A stretch of DNA of 64,000 bases from Gemmatales bacterium (GTDB lineage Bacteria > Planctomycetota > Planctomycetia > Gemmatales > Gemmataceae): the NCBI GenBank assembly GCA_038230995.1, contig JBBRME010000001.1, positions 799 through 64,798 of the forward strand, in the 5' to 3' direction. The translations under genes and the position numbers were made by a program. The notes below the pieces were generated by a model. It was not told the DNA's origin. It did not search any database and was given only the letters and a program-made list of their open reading frames with translations. Each line of letters begins with the position of its first letter. Position 1 is the stretch's first letter. This document shows, in pieces, positions 36,146 through 46,241 of the stretch.

Positions 36146-37879
36146 ATGCAGTCCCCCGTGCTGGTACTTCCCATGCGATTAGGCCTTCTCACTTTGGCAT
36201 TTGTGGCTGCCGCCTCTGTTTCGCTTGCCGATCCATTGCGGTACGTCCCCAGTCAGGCCAATCTCGTCTTCAAGATCGAGAAACCAAGGGCCTTCGCAGA
36301 AGCCATCACTGAGCACAAGTTCTTCAAGCAATACGCACAACTACCGCAACTCAAGGAAGTACTGGAGTCCACGAACTTCAAGCGTGGCTTTCAACTGCTG
36401 GCTCATGTCGAGAAAAAACTTGGGGCCAAGTGGCCTAGCGTGTTGGACGACCTCGGCAGCAACGGCATCGCGCTCGGTACTGTCACGGGGAAGGACCCCG
36501 CCCCGCTAGTGCTCATACTTGAAGGGAAGGACGAGAAGCGAGTGGCTGAGTTGTGGGATGCCCTACTGGCCACCGTGGAAGAAGAAGTTCAACGCGATGC
36601 CCCGCAGGCCAAAATCGAACCCAAGACGGAAGGGAACATTCGCTATTTCGACGGTGGTGAGTTTCTCACCGCACAAATGGGAACGACGATTATCATCACA
36701 AATAACAAGGAAGCGGGGAAGGCCATCGGCAAGCTGCTGAAGGGTGAAGGCAAAGGAGTGCTGGCCAATGACAACGTGTTGTCAGCGAAGAAACTGCAGG
36801 GTGGCGACCCACTGGCTTGGCTCTGGTACGACCTTGATCAACTCAAGCAAACCCAAGCCGCGAAGGACTTCTTCGCCGCGACGAAGAAGGAAATCCTGCA
36901 GACCGTGGTGATCGGCAGCAGCGTCGATGCAGCACGTCGGGCCAACTTCATCTCAGTTGGTCTGTTTCAGCAAGCCGATGCCCTCAAGCTCACCGTGAAG
37001 CTACCTGCCAAACGGGCCGACCTACCTGAAGAACTGGCGCTGCACGTACCCATGAAGGCCGACGTGCCCGGTAGCCTGCCTATTCTTAATGTGCCCGGTG
37101 CGTTCTACTCGCAGAGCTTCTACCTCGACATTGCCACGCTTTGGACGGATCGAAAGCGGCTATTGAACGACGAGATCCGCACTCAGTTTGAAGAGGCCGA
37201 CAAGCAAATCTCGAAGCTGCTACCCGGCACAACGTTCGGCAAACTGCTGGAGATGAGCGGCCCGCATCATCGCTTTGTGATGACCGAACGCGGCAAGAAC
37301 CACTACAAGCAGGTGGCCGACTACCCGCTGCCCGAGATGGCCCTTGTGACCTCGATGCGTGATCCCAAATTCGGCGCGAAGATGAACACCACCATCCGTA
37401 CTGCGATGGCGTTGGCGAGTTCCACCTACACCTGGAGCATGAAGGAAACCAAGCACGACGACGTGGACATTGTGAGCTACTACTTCAGCGAAACGAAACC
37501 GTATGCCGACGACCCGACCAACTTCCGCTTCAACTTCGTGCCCAGCTTCGCCGTGGTGAACGACTCGCTGTTGCTTGCCACCTCGCCGGATCTCATCAAG
37601 GACTTGATCCCCGAACTCAAGAAGCCTATCGACCCCAAGGCGTGCAGCCCGGTGGTGTGGCGTAACCGCATCACCGGCGATGGCATCGCCACCGCCCTGC
37701 TGGCCCGGCCCGAACGCTCACTCAGTACACAAGTGCTTAACACGGGGTTGAGCTTGGGCGAAGCCAAGGCCCAACTCAACGACCTCGCCAAGATCCTCCG
37801 CACCGCCGGTGAAGTCGGCATCAGCATCGATCACTCCACGGAGGCGTATGTGGTGGAACTTCTCTGGAAGGGGAAGTAA
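36146..37879 (+). CDS. hypothetical secreted protein (577 aa)
   Basis: Signal peptide MRLGLLTLAFVAAASVSLA. No family confidently recognised. Coding-like composition throughout. Confidence 0.65.
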   Translation: MQSPVLVLPMRLGLLTLAFVAAASVSLADPLRYVPSQANLVFKIEKPRAFAEAITEHKFFKQYAQLPQLKEVLESTNFKRGFQLLAHVEKKLGAKWPSVLDDLGSNGIALGTVTGKDPAPLVLILEGKDEKRVAELWDALLATVEEEVQRDAPQAKIEPKTEGNIRYFDGGEFLTAQMGTTIIITNNKEAGKAIGKLLKGEGKGVLANDNVLSAKKLQGGDPLAWLWYDLDQLKQTQAAKDFFAATKKEILQTVVIGSSVDAARRANFISVGLFQQADALKLTVKLPAKRADLPEELALHVPMKADVPGSLPILNVPGAFYSQSFYLDIATLWTDRKRLLNDEIRTQFEEADKQISKLLPGTTFGKLLEMSGPHHRFVMTERGKNHYKQVADYPLPEMALVTSMRDPKFGAKMNTTIRTAMALASSTYTWSMKETKHDDVDIVSYYFSETKPYADDPTNFRFNFVPSFAVVNDSLLLATSPDLIKDLIPELKKPIDPKACSPVVWRNRITGDGIATALLARPERSLSTQVLNTGLSLGEAKAQLNDLAKILRTAGEVGISIDHSTEAYVVELLWKGK

Positions 37880-37888
37880 ACTGTCATC

Positions 37889-38155
37889 ATGACAACCGCA
37901 CTCTCGGCACCGCTGATGAACGAGTTCCTTAGGCCACTGAGTCAAAGGCTGACGGTGGATTTTGCACAGAGTCTGATCGGTGTTAAAGCTGATGCAGCTG
38001 TTCAGAAGCGAGTTGCATTGCTTGCATCCAAAGCCAACGAGGGGATGTTAAGTCTTGCCGAGAAAGATGAATACCACTCCTGCATTCTTGCCGGCAGCAT
38101 GATTGCGTGTTTGCAAGCTCAGGCACGTCTCCTACTGGCGAATCAGGACTCATGA
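37889..38155 (+). CDS. small helical protein, partner of the downstream HNH endonuclease
   Basis: 88 aa. ...DAAVQKRVALLASKANEGMLSLAEKDEYHSCILAGSMIACLQAQARLLL. The stop overlaps the HNH gene start (ATGA). Confidence 0.6.
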   Translation: MTTALSAPLMNEFLRPLSQRLTVDFAQSLIGVKADAAVQKRVALLASKANEGMLSLAEKDEYHSCILAGSMIACLQAQARLLLANQDS

Positions 38156-38568
38156 CGAGCGATGATCGACGTCTTGTGCAAATGCGTGCCCGGCATCGCT
38201 GCGAGTATTGCAAGATGCATGAAGACGACGAACCATACCTTGCTTTTCACATCGAGCACATCATCGCCAGGCAACATGGTGGGTTAACCATGCTTGAAAA
38301 CCTCGCGTGGAGTTGCCACGCATGTAATGAGTCGAAAGGGCCAAACTTGGCGAGCGTCGATGACGTAAGCGGCAACATCGTGAGGCTTTTCAACCCGCGT
38401 TTGCAGAGATGGTCTCGTCATTTCATTTGGTCTGGTGCTCAGTTGCAAGGGCGTACACAGATTGGCCGAGCAACCATACGTGCTCTTAATATGAACACCC
38501 AACACAGGCTTGCACTTCGTGAACTCCTGATACGACTTGGAACTCATCCGCCGGCTGAAGATTCATAA
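38152..38568 (+). CDS. HNH endonuclease
   Basis: CEYC...FHIEHIIARQHGG...NLAWSCHACNESKG is the HNH/zinc-finger core. Start at MTSDD (38152) within ORF 38107..38568. Confidence 0.85.
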   Translation: MTSDDRRLVQMRARHRCEYCKMHEDDEPYLAFHIEHIIARQHGGLTMLENLAWSCHACNESKGPNLASVDDVSGNIVRLFNPRLQRWSRHFIWSGAQLQGRTQIGRATIRALNMNTQHRLALRELLIRLGTHPPAEDS

Positions 38569-38581
38569 ACAGTCGTCCAAA

Positions 38582-40513
38582 CTACCCATTCAACTCCACG
38601 GCTTCTTCCCAGTGCTCGTAGGTGTCGGCGAGGAGGTCTTTCGCTTCTTCGGCGTCGGCCATGGTGCGCTTCACTTTCTCGCCGTCTTTGTACACCTCTG
38701 GCGTGAGCAGGGCGGCTTCCAGATCAGTGATCTTCGCTTCCAGCTTGGCGATGTCGAGTTCAATGTCGACGGACTTGCGGAAGGGATACTTGCGTTTGCG
38801 ACGTTCCGACTTTGCGGCTGGCTTACTTACTAACGAGCCGGAAGCGTCATCGACGGTTTGCGTCTTGCCCGTCGCTGAAGCTTCCGGCTCGTTGTACCCA
38901 GCTTTCTCGCGCCCGCGTCGAAGTAGCTCGTAGGTGTCGTAATTGCCATAGACAACTTCTACTCGGCCACTCGGTTCAAACACAATCAGCAAGTCGGCCA
39001 CACGGTTGAGGAAGTAACGGTCATGGCTGACCACGATGCAGGTTCCCTCGTAGGCCTTGAGAGCTTCTTCGAGAGAGTCACATGCCCAGATGTCGAGGTG
39101 GTTTGTGGGTTCGTCTAGGATCAGGACATTCGTGCCTTGCACCGTCAGCTTGGCCAAGGCCGCCCGGCTGCGTTCGCCCCCGCTGAGTTGCTTGATTGGG
39201 CGATAGATCAACTCGCCGGTGAGGCCGAAGCGGCTCAGCAGCTTCCGCATCTTTTCTTCGGTGTGTTCCGGGTCGGGTTCCGGCCAGATGGCGCGGATGG
39301 TTGGCTCATCTTCGGGCAGAAGTTTCAGGTGCTGATCGAGATAACCGGGGAATACGAGGTGCCCACGGCGGATGCTGCCGTTGGTGGGTGTTTCATCGCC
39401 CAGCATCATCCGTAGCAGGGTGGTCTTACCGCAGCCGTTCGGCCCCATGATGCCCAGACGCTGACCACGCTTCACCACAAAGTTCAGATCTTTGAAAAGT
39501 TGCAGTGTGCCGTAGCTCTTGGTGAGATCCTCGGCGGTGAACACTTGATCGCCACTTCGCGCGACGTCCACAAAACCGATGTCCGGCCCCTGTACCTTCG
39601 TCGGCTTCTCGAACCGTTCCAACTTGTCGAGTACCTTCACGCGGCTCTGGGCTTGCTTGGCCAGTTGACCGTAGTTGGCCCGTTTGATGTAGTCGGTCTG
39701 CTTGCCGATGTACTCTTGTTGGGCTTCAAACTCTTTGATTTCGCGATCGTACTTCTCATCGCGCAGTCGCACGTACTGCTTGAAGTTGCCGGGGTACAGA
39801 TTCACTTTGCGGTTGTGCAGTTCGAAAGTGCGATTGGTGACTTTGTCGAGGAAATAGCGGTCGTGGCTGACGATGATCATCCCCTGCGGTTGCCGGGCGA
39901 GGTACTCTTCGAGCCAGCGTGTGGTGTCGATGTCCAAGTGGTTACTGGGTTCGTCGAGCAGCATCACGTCGGGTGCGCTCAGTAGCATTTTCGCCAGCAG
40001 CACTCGGCGTTGTTGGCCACCGCTGAAACTCACGATCTCGCGATGGAAGTCTTCCTTCTTGAAGCTCAACCCGGTGAGGATGTCCTCCACTTTATGATCA
40101 AGGGAGTAGGCATCGTTGTTGGCCAGGATTTCGTTCAGCCGGTCGAACTTGTCAGCGAGAATCTTGTGTTGGTCCGGTGTGGCGTGGCCCATCTCTTCCG
40201 CTACTCGCACAAGTTCATTCTGCGTTTCCATGAGTTCATCGAAGGCACTCTTCGCTTCCGCAAACAGCGTGCGCCCCGGCGGAAAATGAGCTACCTGCTG
40301 AAGCAATCCCAGGCGTGCCCCGGCGTGCAGCTTCACCTCGCCGGATTCGGTTTCATCAATGCCGGCCAGCACCTTGATGAGCGTTGTCTTCCCTGCACCG
40401 TTGGGGCCGACAAACCCTACACGCTCCCCGACATGCAACTCGAAGGTCACGTCTTCAAACAGCGGAGTAGCGTCATACCCACGAGCAACATTGGTGCAAC
40501 TCAACAGCAGCAT
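38582..40513 (-). CDS. ABC-F family ATPase (translation-associated, EttA/Uup-like)
   Basis: Two ABC cassettes (GPNGAGKTT and GPNGCGKTT; LSGGQQRR and LSGGERSR), no TM domain, and a C-terminal coiled-coil tail. Confidence 0.9.
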   Translation of the reverse strand: MLLLSCTNVARGYDATPLFEDVTFELHVGERVGFVGPNGAGKTTLIKVLAGIDETESGEVKLHAGARLGLLQQVAHFPPGRTLFAEAKSAFDELMETQNELVRVAEEMGHATPDQHKILADKFDRLNEILANNDAYSLDHKVEDILTGLSFKKEDFHREIVSFSGGQQRRVLLAKMLLSAPDVMLLDEPSNHLDIDTTRWLEEYLARQPQGMIIVSHDRYFLDKVTNRTFELHNRKVNLYPGNFKQYVRLRDEKYDREIKEFEAQQEYIGKQTDYIKRANYGQLAKQAQSRVKVLDKLERFEKPTKVQGPDIGFVDVARSGDQVFTAEDLTKSYGTLQLFKDLNFVVKRGQRLGIMGPNGCGKTTLLRMMLGDETPTNGSIRRGHLVFPGYLDQHLKLLPEDEPTIRAIWPEPDPEHTEEKMRKLLSRFGLTGELIYRPIKQLSGGERSRAALAKLTVQGTNVLILDEPTNHLDIWACDSLEEALKAYEGTCIVVSHDRYFLNRVADLLIVFEPSGRVEVVYGNYDTYELLRRGREKAGYNEPEASATGKTQTVDDASGSLVSKPAAKSERRKRKYPFRKSVDIELDIAKLEAKITDLEAALLTPEVYKDGEKVKRTMADAEEAKDLLADTYEHWEEAVELNG

Positions 40514-40671
40514 GGCAGCGACAATTCCGTGAGCGAAAGCAAAAGTATGAGTTTATCACTCTGCGGTCGTCTTCCAACGGTGGCGTGCCCCCGGCAAACT
40601 CCACTAGCGTCGTTGAACAGTCTTTCGGATAATCCATGTTGCTTGATTTCACACTAGGATGGGACACTGTT

Positions 40672-42381
40672 ATGACGAGCCAGCGACGAACGAGTTTACG
40701 GTTGGAATCTCTCGAAGGGCGAGAAGTTCCAGCAGTCATCAACGTTGTCCCGACGACACAAACGGAAGACGCGACGAATAAATTCACGTTGACCGCGGCA
40801 GTAACGGCGGCAGCAAACAATGACACCATCGTGATTCGTGCTGGTACGACTCCTGATGCCGCTGCGGTGTACATCGGCAAGCCATTGATCGTGACCGGTG
40901 ACCCTGCGTTCCTTAATCTTGCCCTGGCGAAGTACAGCATCAACGTGGGCATCACCACGGTGCAGATGAACAACATGAATCTGGGCGACGTGGTGGTGAA
41001 CGGCGGTAAGGCCACCATCACGAACAGTCAGATCTTTCGATTCTTTGAATTGACGACGGCGAATCTCTCGGGCGGCAACATCCTTCAATCGAATACGATT
41101 ACCAGCGGTGTGTTCCTCAGCGGAAACAACGACGGCACCACTGTCACGAACGACATCATCGACCGTAACACCTTCCGCACCAATGAACCGTTCGCCATCC
41201 GCTTGCAAGACACCAACGGCGTAACGGTGACAAACAACACCATCACCAGCGGGGCCAACGGCAACAAGATTGCCATCGGCGTCATCGGCAGTTCGGCCAA
41301 CGTGGTGATTGCCAACAACTCGATTTTCACCAGTGGCGACTATGGCATCTTTGTCGACAACACGTCAAGTAATGCCACGAACTTTGTGCTAAGTACGCGC
41401 ATCTCGAACAACATCATCAACGCGGGCAGCACGGCCTTCGGCCTGAGCACCGTTCGCGGTGTTAACGGCACCATGAACGTGATGGTTGATGGTAACGATT
41501 TCACAAACAATCTCGTCGGCGTCGCCATCAACAAGGTATCTGCGGCCGCGCCGGACAATGGCGTGATCGACCTCGGCGGTGGCACCACTACGCTGGGTAG
41601 CAGCGCAGGCGGCAACAACTTCCGTAACTACGGTGGCACTCGCTTTGCGATCGTCACTCAAGCAAACACCAACGGTATCATTCAGGCTCAGTTCAATAAC
41701 TTCAGCCCGGGTGTCACGCCAGCTTCCGTCATCAATGATGGAGCTGACAACAACACCACCGCCTTGGTGAACACGACAAATGCACTGAGTGCCAACCGGT
41801 CAGCAGTACAGACGTACTACACGAAAATCCTCGGTCGTACCGGTAGCATCGCCGAGTTGGATGGCTGGGTGAACACCCTGCCAAGCCAAGGTTTGACGGG
41901 TGTAGCCAAGGGCATCCTGTACAGCACGGAGTCACTCAACCGCACCTTGCAAGGGTATTACGCGAAGTACTTGAAGCGGACTGCCGGAGCTACGGAAGTG
42001 AACAACTGGGCGACGCTGATCCGCAGTGGAACGTCACTTGAAGAAGTGCAAGCCCGACTTGTGGGTTCTGTGGAGTTCGCCAACAATTCGCCGACGGACA
42101 TCGTGCAGACGCTGTACGTGAACCTGATGGGTCGCACCGCATCGGCGAGTGAAGTGACCGGTTGGAACGCCCAGCTTCCAGCACTTGGTCGCTTTGGTGT
42201 GGCGTTCAACATCTTGCGTTCTGCCGAGTCGTTCGGCTCGAAGATTACCGGCCTGTACCAGACGTTCCTCCACCGCAACCCCGTGGTTGCGGAGATCAAC
42301 GCCTGGTTCAGTTCGCCGTACCACATCGTGCAAGTGCAAGAGCGGTTGCTGGCTAGCTCCGAGTTCTACACGAACGGGTAG
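40672..42381 (+). CDS. parallel beta-helix repeat protein with C-terminal DUF4214 repeats
   Basis: N-terminal RRTSLRLESLEGREVPA motif. Repeated NNxI(T/F)xxG beta-helix turns. Three DUF4214-like repeats (YTKILGRTGSIAELDGW, YAKYLKRTAGATEVNNW, YVNLMGRTASASEVTGW). Confidence 0.8.
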   Translation: MTSQRRTSLRLESLEGREVPAVINVVPTTQTEDATNKFTLTAAVTAAANNDTIVIRAGTTPDAAAVYIGKPLIVTGDPAFLNLALAKYSINVGITTVQMNNMNLGDVVVNGGKATITNSQIFRFFELTTANLSGGNILQSNTITSGVFLSGNNDGTTVTNDIIDRNTFRTNEPFAIRLQDTNGVTVTNNTITSGANGNKIAIGVIGSSANVVIANNSIFTSGDYGIFVDNTSSNATNFVLSTRISNNIINAGSTAFGLSTVRGVNGTMNVMVDGNDFTNNLVGVAINKVSAAAPDNGVIDLGGGTTTLGSSAGGNNFRNYGGTRFAIVTQANTNGIIQAQFNNFSPGVTPASVINDGADNNTTALVNTTNALSANRSAVQTYYTKILGRTGSIAELDGWVNTLPSQGLTGVAKGILYSTESLNRTLQGYYAKYLKRTAGATEVNNWATLIRSGTSLEEVQARLVGSVEFANNSPTDIVQTLYVNLMGRTASASEVTGWNAQLPALGRFGVAFNILRSAESFGSKITGLYQTFLHRNPVVAEINAWFSSPYHIVQVQERLLASSEFYTNG

Positions 42382-42388
42382 TATCAAT

Positions 42389-42454
42389 GGCTCACCGGGA
42401 GGTTCGCCCTCCCAGCAGAGAGGTTTTGGGAGGGTGAGGCTCCTGCCGAGCCGC
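42389..42454. repeat. family-E REP palindrome at a convergent junction
   Basis: GGCTCACCGGGAGGTTCGCCCTCCC ... GGGAGGGTGAGGCTCCTGCCGAGCCGC. Shares modules with 19355-19417. Confidence 0.8.
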
Positions 42455-42457
42455 ACA

Positions 42458-44971
42458 TCAATCTTTCCCACGGATGCTGGCTTTGAGCACATGCTTGAGC
42501 CGGCTTTCGATCTTCAAGTGGGCCTTGTCGATCTCCTTATCCGTCAGCGTTTTTTCCTTGGGCTGATACGTCAACGCATACGCCAAGCTCTTCGTGCCAG
42601 CGGGGATGCTCTCACCGCGATACACATCGAACAAGGTAGCCTCGGTGAGCAACTCACCACCAGCAGCCTTGAGTTCCGCCAGCACTCGTTCAGAACTCAA
42701 CGACTCTTCCACGATCACGGCCACATCTCTCTTCGCAGCAGGCAGCGTGCTGAACGGTACGTACGCCTTGCGAGTGGGGATGGCAGCGAACACGGCATCC
42801 AAATCCAGTTCCGCCACCAGCACCGAACGATCAGTTAGCTCGAACGCCTTGGCCACTTTCGGGTGAAGTTCACCGAGTGTGCCAAGTGACACCCCGTTGA
42901 CAGTGACCAGCGCCGAGCGGCCGGGATGCAAGTGCGGCACATGCTTAGCGGCGGCGTAAATTGCAGAGGGGATGTTCAACCCGGCCAGCAGTTGCTCGAT
43001 GACGCCTTTCAGGTCGAACACGTCCATCATCGGCGGCTTGGCGTGCTCATCCCATGAAGTCACACCGCGACGCCCGCTCAGCGCGATGGCCAGACGCTTT
43101 GGTTCCATCGGTAAGTTCTTGCCATCGGGCAGGAACACGCAGCCCAACTCGAAGAAGGCCACACGTTCCGTGTTCTGCAAGTTGCGGGCAACAACGTCCA
43201 GCAATCCCGGTAGCAGTGTCCGCCGCATCATGCCGCGTTCCGGCGACAGCGGATTGAGTAGTGTCACCGCGTTGTCATCGACCTTTGGCACTGGGTGCAG
43301 TTTGGCTTCGGCGTCGAACGAGTTCAGGCTGTACGTGATACACTCACTCAACCCGCTGACCACGAGGATGTCGAGGGTCTTGTGTTCGAGTTCCAGTTCT
43401 CGATTACCCTTTGGCGTAGGCATTTCCTGGGCCAACAGCCGACCGGGCAAGCGGTCGTACCCGCTCATGCGGGCCAGTTCTTCGATGATGTCCGCCGCCC
43501 CGGCTTGGATGTCCAACCGGTTCGGTGGCACCGTCACCGTCCAACCCCACGGCGTCGCATCGAGTTTGAATTGCAGCGCCAGCAGCACCCGTTCCACTTC
43601 GCCATCCGGCACGCTCACGCCAAGCAGGCGCTCAATCTCGTTGCGGTTGAGTTCCACTTTCTGCACAGGCAGCGGGGCAGGGTAGCTCTCCACGACCCCA
43701 GCCAGCACCGATCCACCGGCATGCTTGTGGAACAACTCGGCGGCGCGTGCGGCGGCCAGTGGAACCACCTCCGGATGGATGCCCTTGCTGAAGCGGGTGC
43801 TCGCTTCGCTGAATAGGTTGAACTGCCGGGCCGTCTTGCGAACGCTGACAGCATCGAACGCCGCGGACTCCAGCAGGATCGTCTTCGTCTCCGCTGACAC
43901 CTCAGTGTCACGCCCGCCCATCACCCCTGCCAGTGCGATGGCCCCGGCGGTATCGGCAATCACCAGGTTGTCTGGCGATAGTGTGCGTTCCACGCCATCT
44001 AACGTCACCATTTTCTCACCGGCATTGCCCCGGCGGACGATAACAGTGGGGGCTTTGCCACCGGCCCGCTTCACCAGCACGTCGTAGTCGAAAGCATGCA
44101 GCGGTTGGCCATACTCCAGCATCACGTAGTTGGTGATGTCCACCGCGTTGGTGATACCCCGCATCCCGGCGGATTGCAAGCGGCTCTGCATCCAACGTGG
44201 CGAGGTACCAACGGTGATGTTCTCGATGATCGTGGCACTGTAACGCGGGCACAGTGTAGCATCGTCGATCTGGATCGTTACTTTGCCGGTGACACTTCCG
44301 CTCGTCGGATAGCTCGGCTTGGGTTCCTTCACCGTGGCCCCGGTGAGGGCCGCGACTTCACGGGCAATACCCAGCAAGGCCAGGCAGCGCGCCATGTTCG
44401 GCAGCACGTCCAGTTCCACGATCACATCGCCCAGCACGTCCTGCATCGGTGTGCCGGGTGCTGGGTCGGCGTCATCTAGAAGGATGATGCCATCGTGATC
44501 CTCGGCGATGCCGAGTTCGTAGTTCGACATGCACATGGCATCGTTCATGATGCCCCGCAGTGCCTTCGGCTCCAGCGTGAAGATGCCCTTCTTGCCGTCC
44601 TTGTCCTGGTAGTAGTACTTGGTTCCACGCAGGCCCAGCACCACCTTCATGCCACTTTGGCCGGGGGCAATGTTCGGCGCACCGGTCACCACGGTCTTCG
44701 GCTCGGCGGCCCCGTAGTCCACCGTCACGAGCTTGAGCTTGTCCGCATCCGGGTGCTTCTCGATCTTCAGCACCTTGGCCAGCACCACCTGCTCGCGTTC
44801 CCACACCAGCCCCGCGTCGTCCGGCTTCACCCGCACGCCATCCGGCACAGGCAGCCCCACCACCCGCACACCGGGGCTTTCCAACCCCGCCAACGTCAGT
44901 CGTTCGACCAACTCGCCTAGGTTCTTCGGTAGTTCAACGTATTCGCGGAGCCAATTCAACGGAACAAGCAT
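42458..44971 (-). CDS. pheT: phenylalanine--tRNA ligase beta subunit
   Basis: MLVPLNWLREYVEL N-terminus, tRNA-binding domain, B3/4, B5 and FDX-ACB domains. About 838 aa. Confidence 0.92.
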   Translation of the reverse strand: MLVPLNWLREYVELPKNLGELVERLTLAGLESPGVRVVGLPVPDGVRVKPDDAGLVWEREQVVLAKVLKIEKHPDADKLKLVTVDYGAAEPKTVVTGAPNIAPGQSGMKVVLGLRGTKYYYQDKDGKKGIFTLEPKALRGIMNDAMCMSNYELGIAEDHDGIILLDDADPAPGTPMQDVLGDVIVELDVLPNMARCLALLGIAREVAALTGATVKEPKPSYPTSGSVTGKVTIQIDDATLCPRYSATIIENITVGTSPRWMQSRLQSAGMRGITNAVDITNYVMLEYGQPLHAFDYDVLVKRAGGKAPTVIVRRGNAGEKMVTLDGVERTLSPDNLVIADTAGAIALAGVMGGRDTEVSAETKTILLESAAFDAVSVRKTARQFNLFSEASTRFSKGIHPEVVPLAAARAAELFHKHAGGSVLAGVVESYPAPLPVQKVELNRNEIERLLGVSVPDGEVERVLLALQFKLDATPWGWTVTVPPNRLDIQAGAADIIEELARMSGYDRLPGRLLAQEMPTPKGNRELELEHKTLDILVVSGLSECITYSLNSFDAEAKLHPVPKVDDNAVTLLNPLSPERGMMRRTLLPGLLDVVARNLQNTERVAFFELGCVFLPDGKNLPMEPKRLAIALSGRRGVTSWDEHAKPPMMDVFDLKGVIEQLLAGLNIPSAIYAAAKHVPHLHPGRSALVTVNGVSLGTLGELHPKVAKAFELTDRSVLVAELDLDAVFAAIPTRKAYVPFSTLPAAKRDVAVIVEESLSSERVLAELKAAGGELLTEATLFDVYRGESIPAGTKSLAYALTYQPKEKTLTDKEIDKAHLKIESRLKHVLKASIRGKD

Positions 44972-45053
44972 GACGAACCTCAACGCACTTTCGGAACCGA
45001 TAACCTACAAGACGGCCTGCCCCCCGACACGGGTTCGCAATACACTCACGTTC

Positions 45054-46241
45054 ATGACACCCACAACGCCACCCGCCGAGCCCCTGCCTGTTGTTCGCCT
45101 CAAGATCGAGCGACGATCTGCGCACCCGTGGGTGTTCCAGAAGATGATCGAGTGGCCGATCCACAAGATTCAAAACGGCGGAGTCGTCGATGTCGAAGAC
45201 CGCAGTGGCGAATGGGTCGGCCGGGGCTTTTTCAACGGCCACAGTCGCATTGGTTTGCGCATCCTCACCACCGACAAGAACCAGCCGATTGACGAGGCAT
45301 TTTTCGCCAGTCGCATCGGTCAGGCACTCGCCCTGCGGCGGGATGTGCTGAAACTCGACAGCATCACCAATGCGTACCGGCTCATTCACTCCGAAGCCGA
45401 CAGCCTCAGCGGATTGATTGTTGATCGCTTCGCCAACTTGCTGGTGGTGGAGTTCTTCTCTTCCGGCATGTTCCGCCAGCGTTCGCACATCTTCGCTGCA
45501 CTCAAACAACACTTCCCCGACGCAGATCTGTATTACTTCGCCGAGGAACACGTCGGCAAGCAGGAGAGTTTCGACTGCCACGCCCCGGTTCCGCCACCGC
45601 CGTTCCTGATTGAAGAACACGGCCTGAAGTTCCGCGTGGCGCCCGGTAGCAAGCACAAAACCGGCTTCTTCGTCGATCAACGCGATAACCGACTGATACT
45701 GAGCGGACTCGTGGCCGGTGGCCGCGTGCTCGACCTCTGTTGCAACTCCGGTGGGTTCAGCATTTACTCCGCCGCCAAGGGAAATGCCAAGGAAGTGATC
45801 GGCGTCGATCTAGATGAAACCGTGCTGGAACTCGCTAAGCAAAACGCCAAGTTGAACAAGGCCGACGTTCGCTTCGTGCAGGCCGACTTGTTCACCTGGC
45901 TGCGTGACATCCGCCCGAACGGCGAGAAGTTCGACACCATCATTCTCGACCCCGCCAAGCTCACCCGTGACCGGGACGACGTACTGGGGGCGCTCAAGAA
46001 ATACCTCGACATGAACAAGCTGGCCATGATGGCCGTGAAGCCCGGCGGCGTACTGCTGAGTTGCAGTTGTACCGGCTTGGTGAGCGAGCCGGACTTTCTA
46101 GAGATGCTCCGCCGTGCAGCGTGGCAGGCCCAACGCGAGATTCAGATCTTCAAGATTAGCGGCGCCGCACCGGATCATCCTTTTCTGTCGCACGTACCGG
46201 AAGGTCGCTACCTGAAGGCTGCGTTCATGCGGGTGATCTAA
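45054..46241 (+). CDS. rlmI: class I SAM-dependent rRNA (cytosine-C5) methyltransferase, RlmI-like
   Basis: PUA-like N-terminus (RSAHPWVFQKMI), YRLIHSEADSLSGLIVDRF, and SAM motif VLDLCCNSGGFS. Start ATG 45054 inside ORF 44733..46241. Confidence 0.85.
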   Translation: MTPTTPPAEPLPVVRLKIERRSAHPWVFQKMIEWPIHKIQNGGVVDVEDRSGEWVGRGFFNGHSRIGLRILTTDKNQPIDEAFFASRIGQALALRRDVLKLDSITNAYRLIHSEADSLSGLIVDRFANLLVVEFFSSGMFRQRSHIFAALKQHFPDADLYYFAEEHVGKQESFDCHAPVPPPPFLIEEHGLKFRVAPGSKHKTGFFVDQRDNRLILSGLVAGGRVLDLCCNSGGFSIYSAAKGNAKEVIGVDLDETVLELAKQNAKLNKADVRFVQADLFTWLRDIRPNGEKFDTIILDPAKLTRDRDDVLGALKKYLDMNKLAMMAVKPGGVLLSCSCTGLVSEPDFLEMLRRAAWQAQREIQIFKISGAAPDHPFLSHVPEGRYLKAAFMRVI

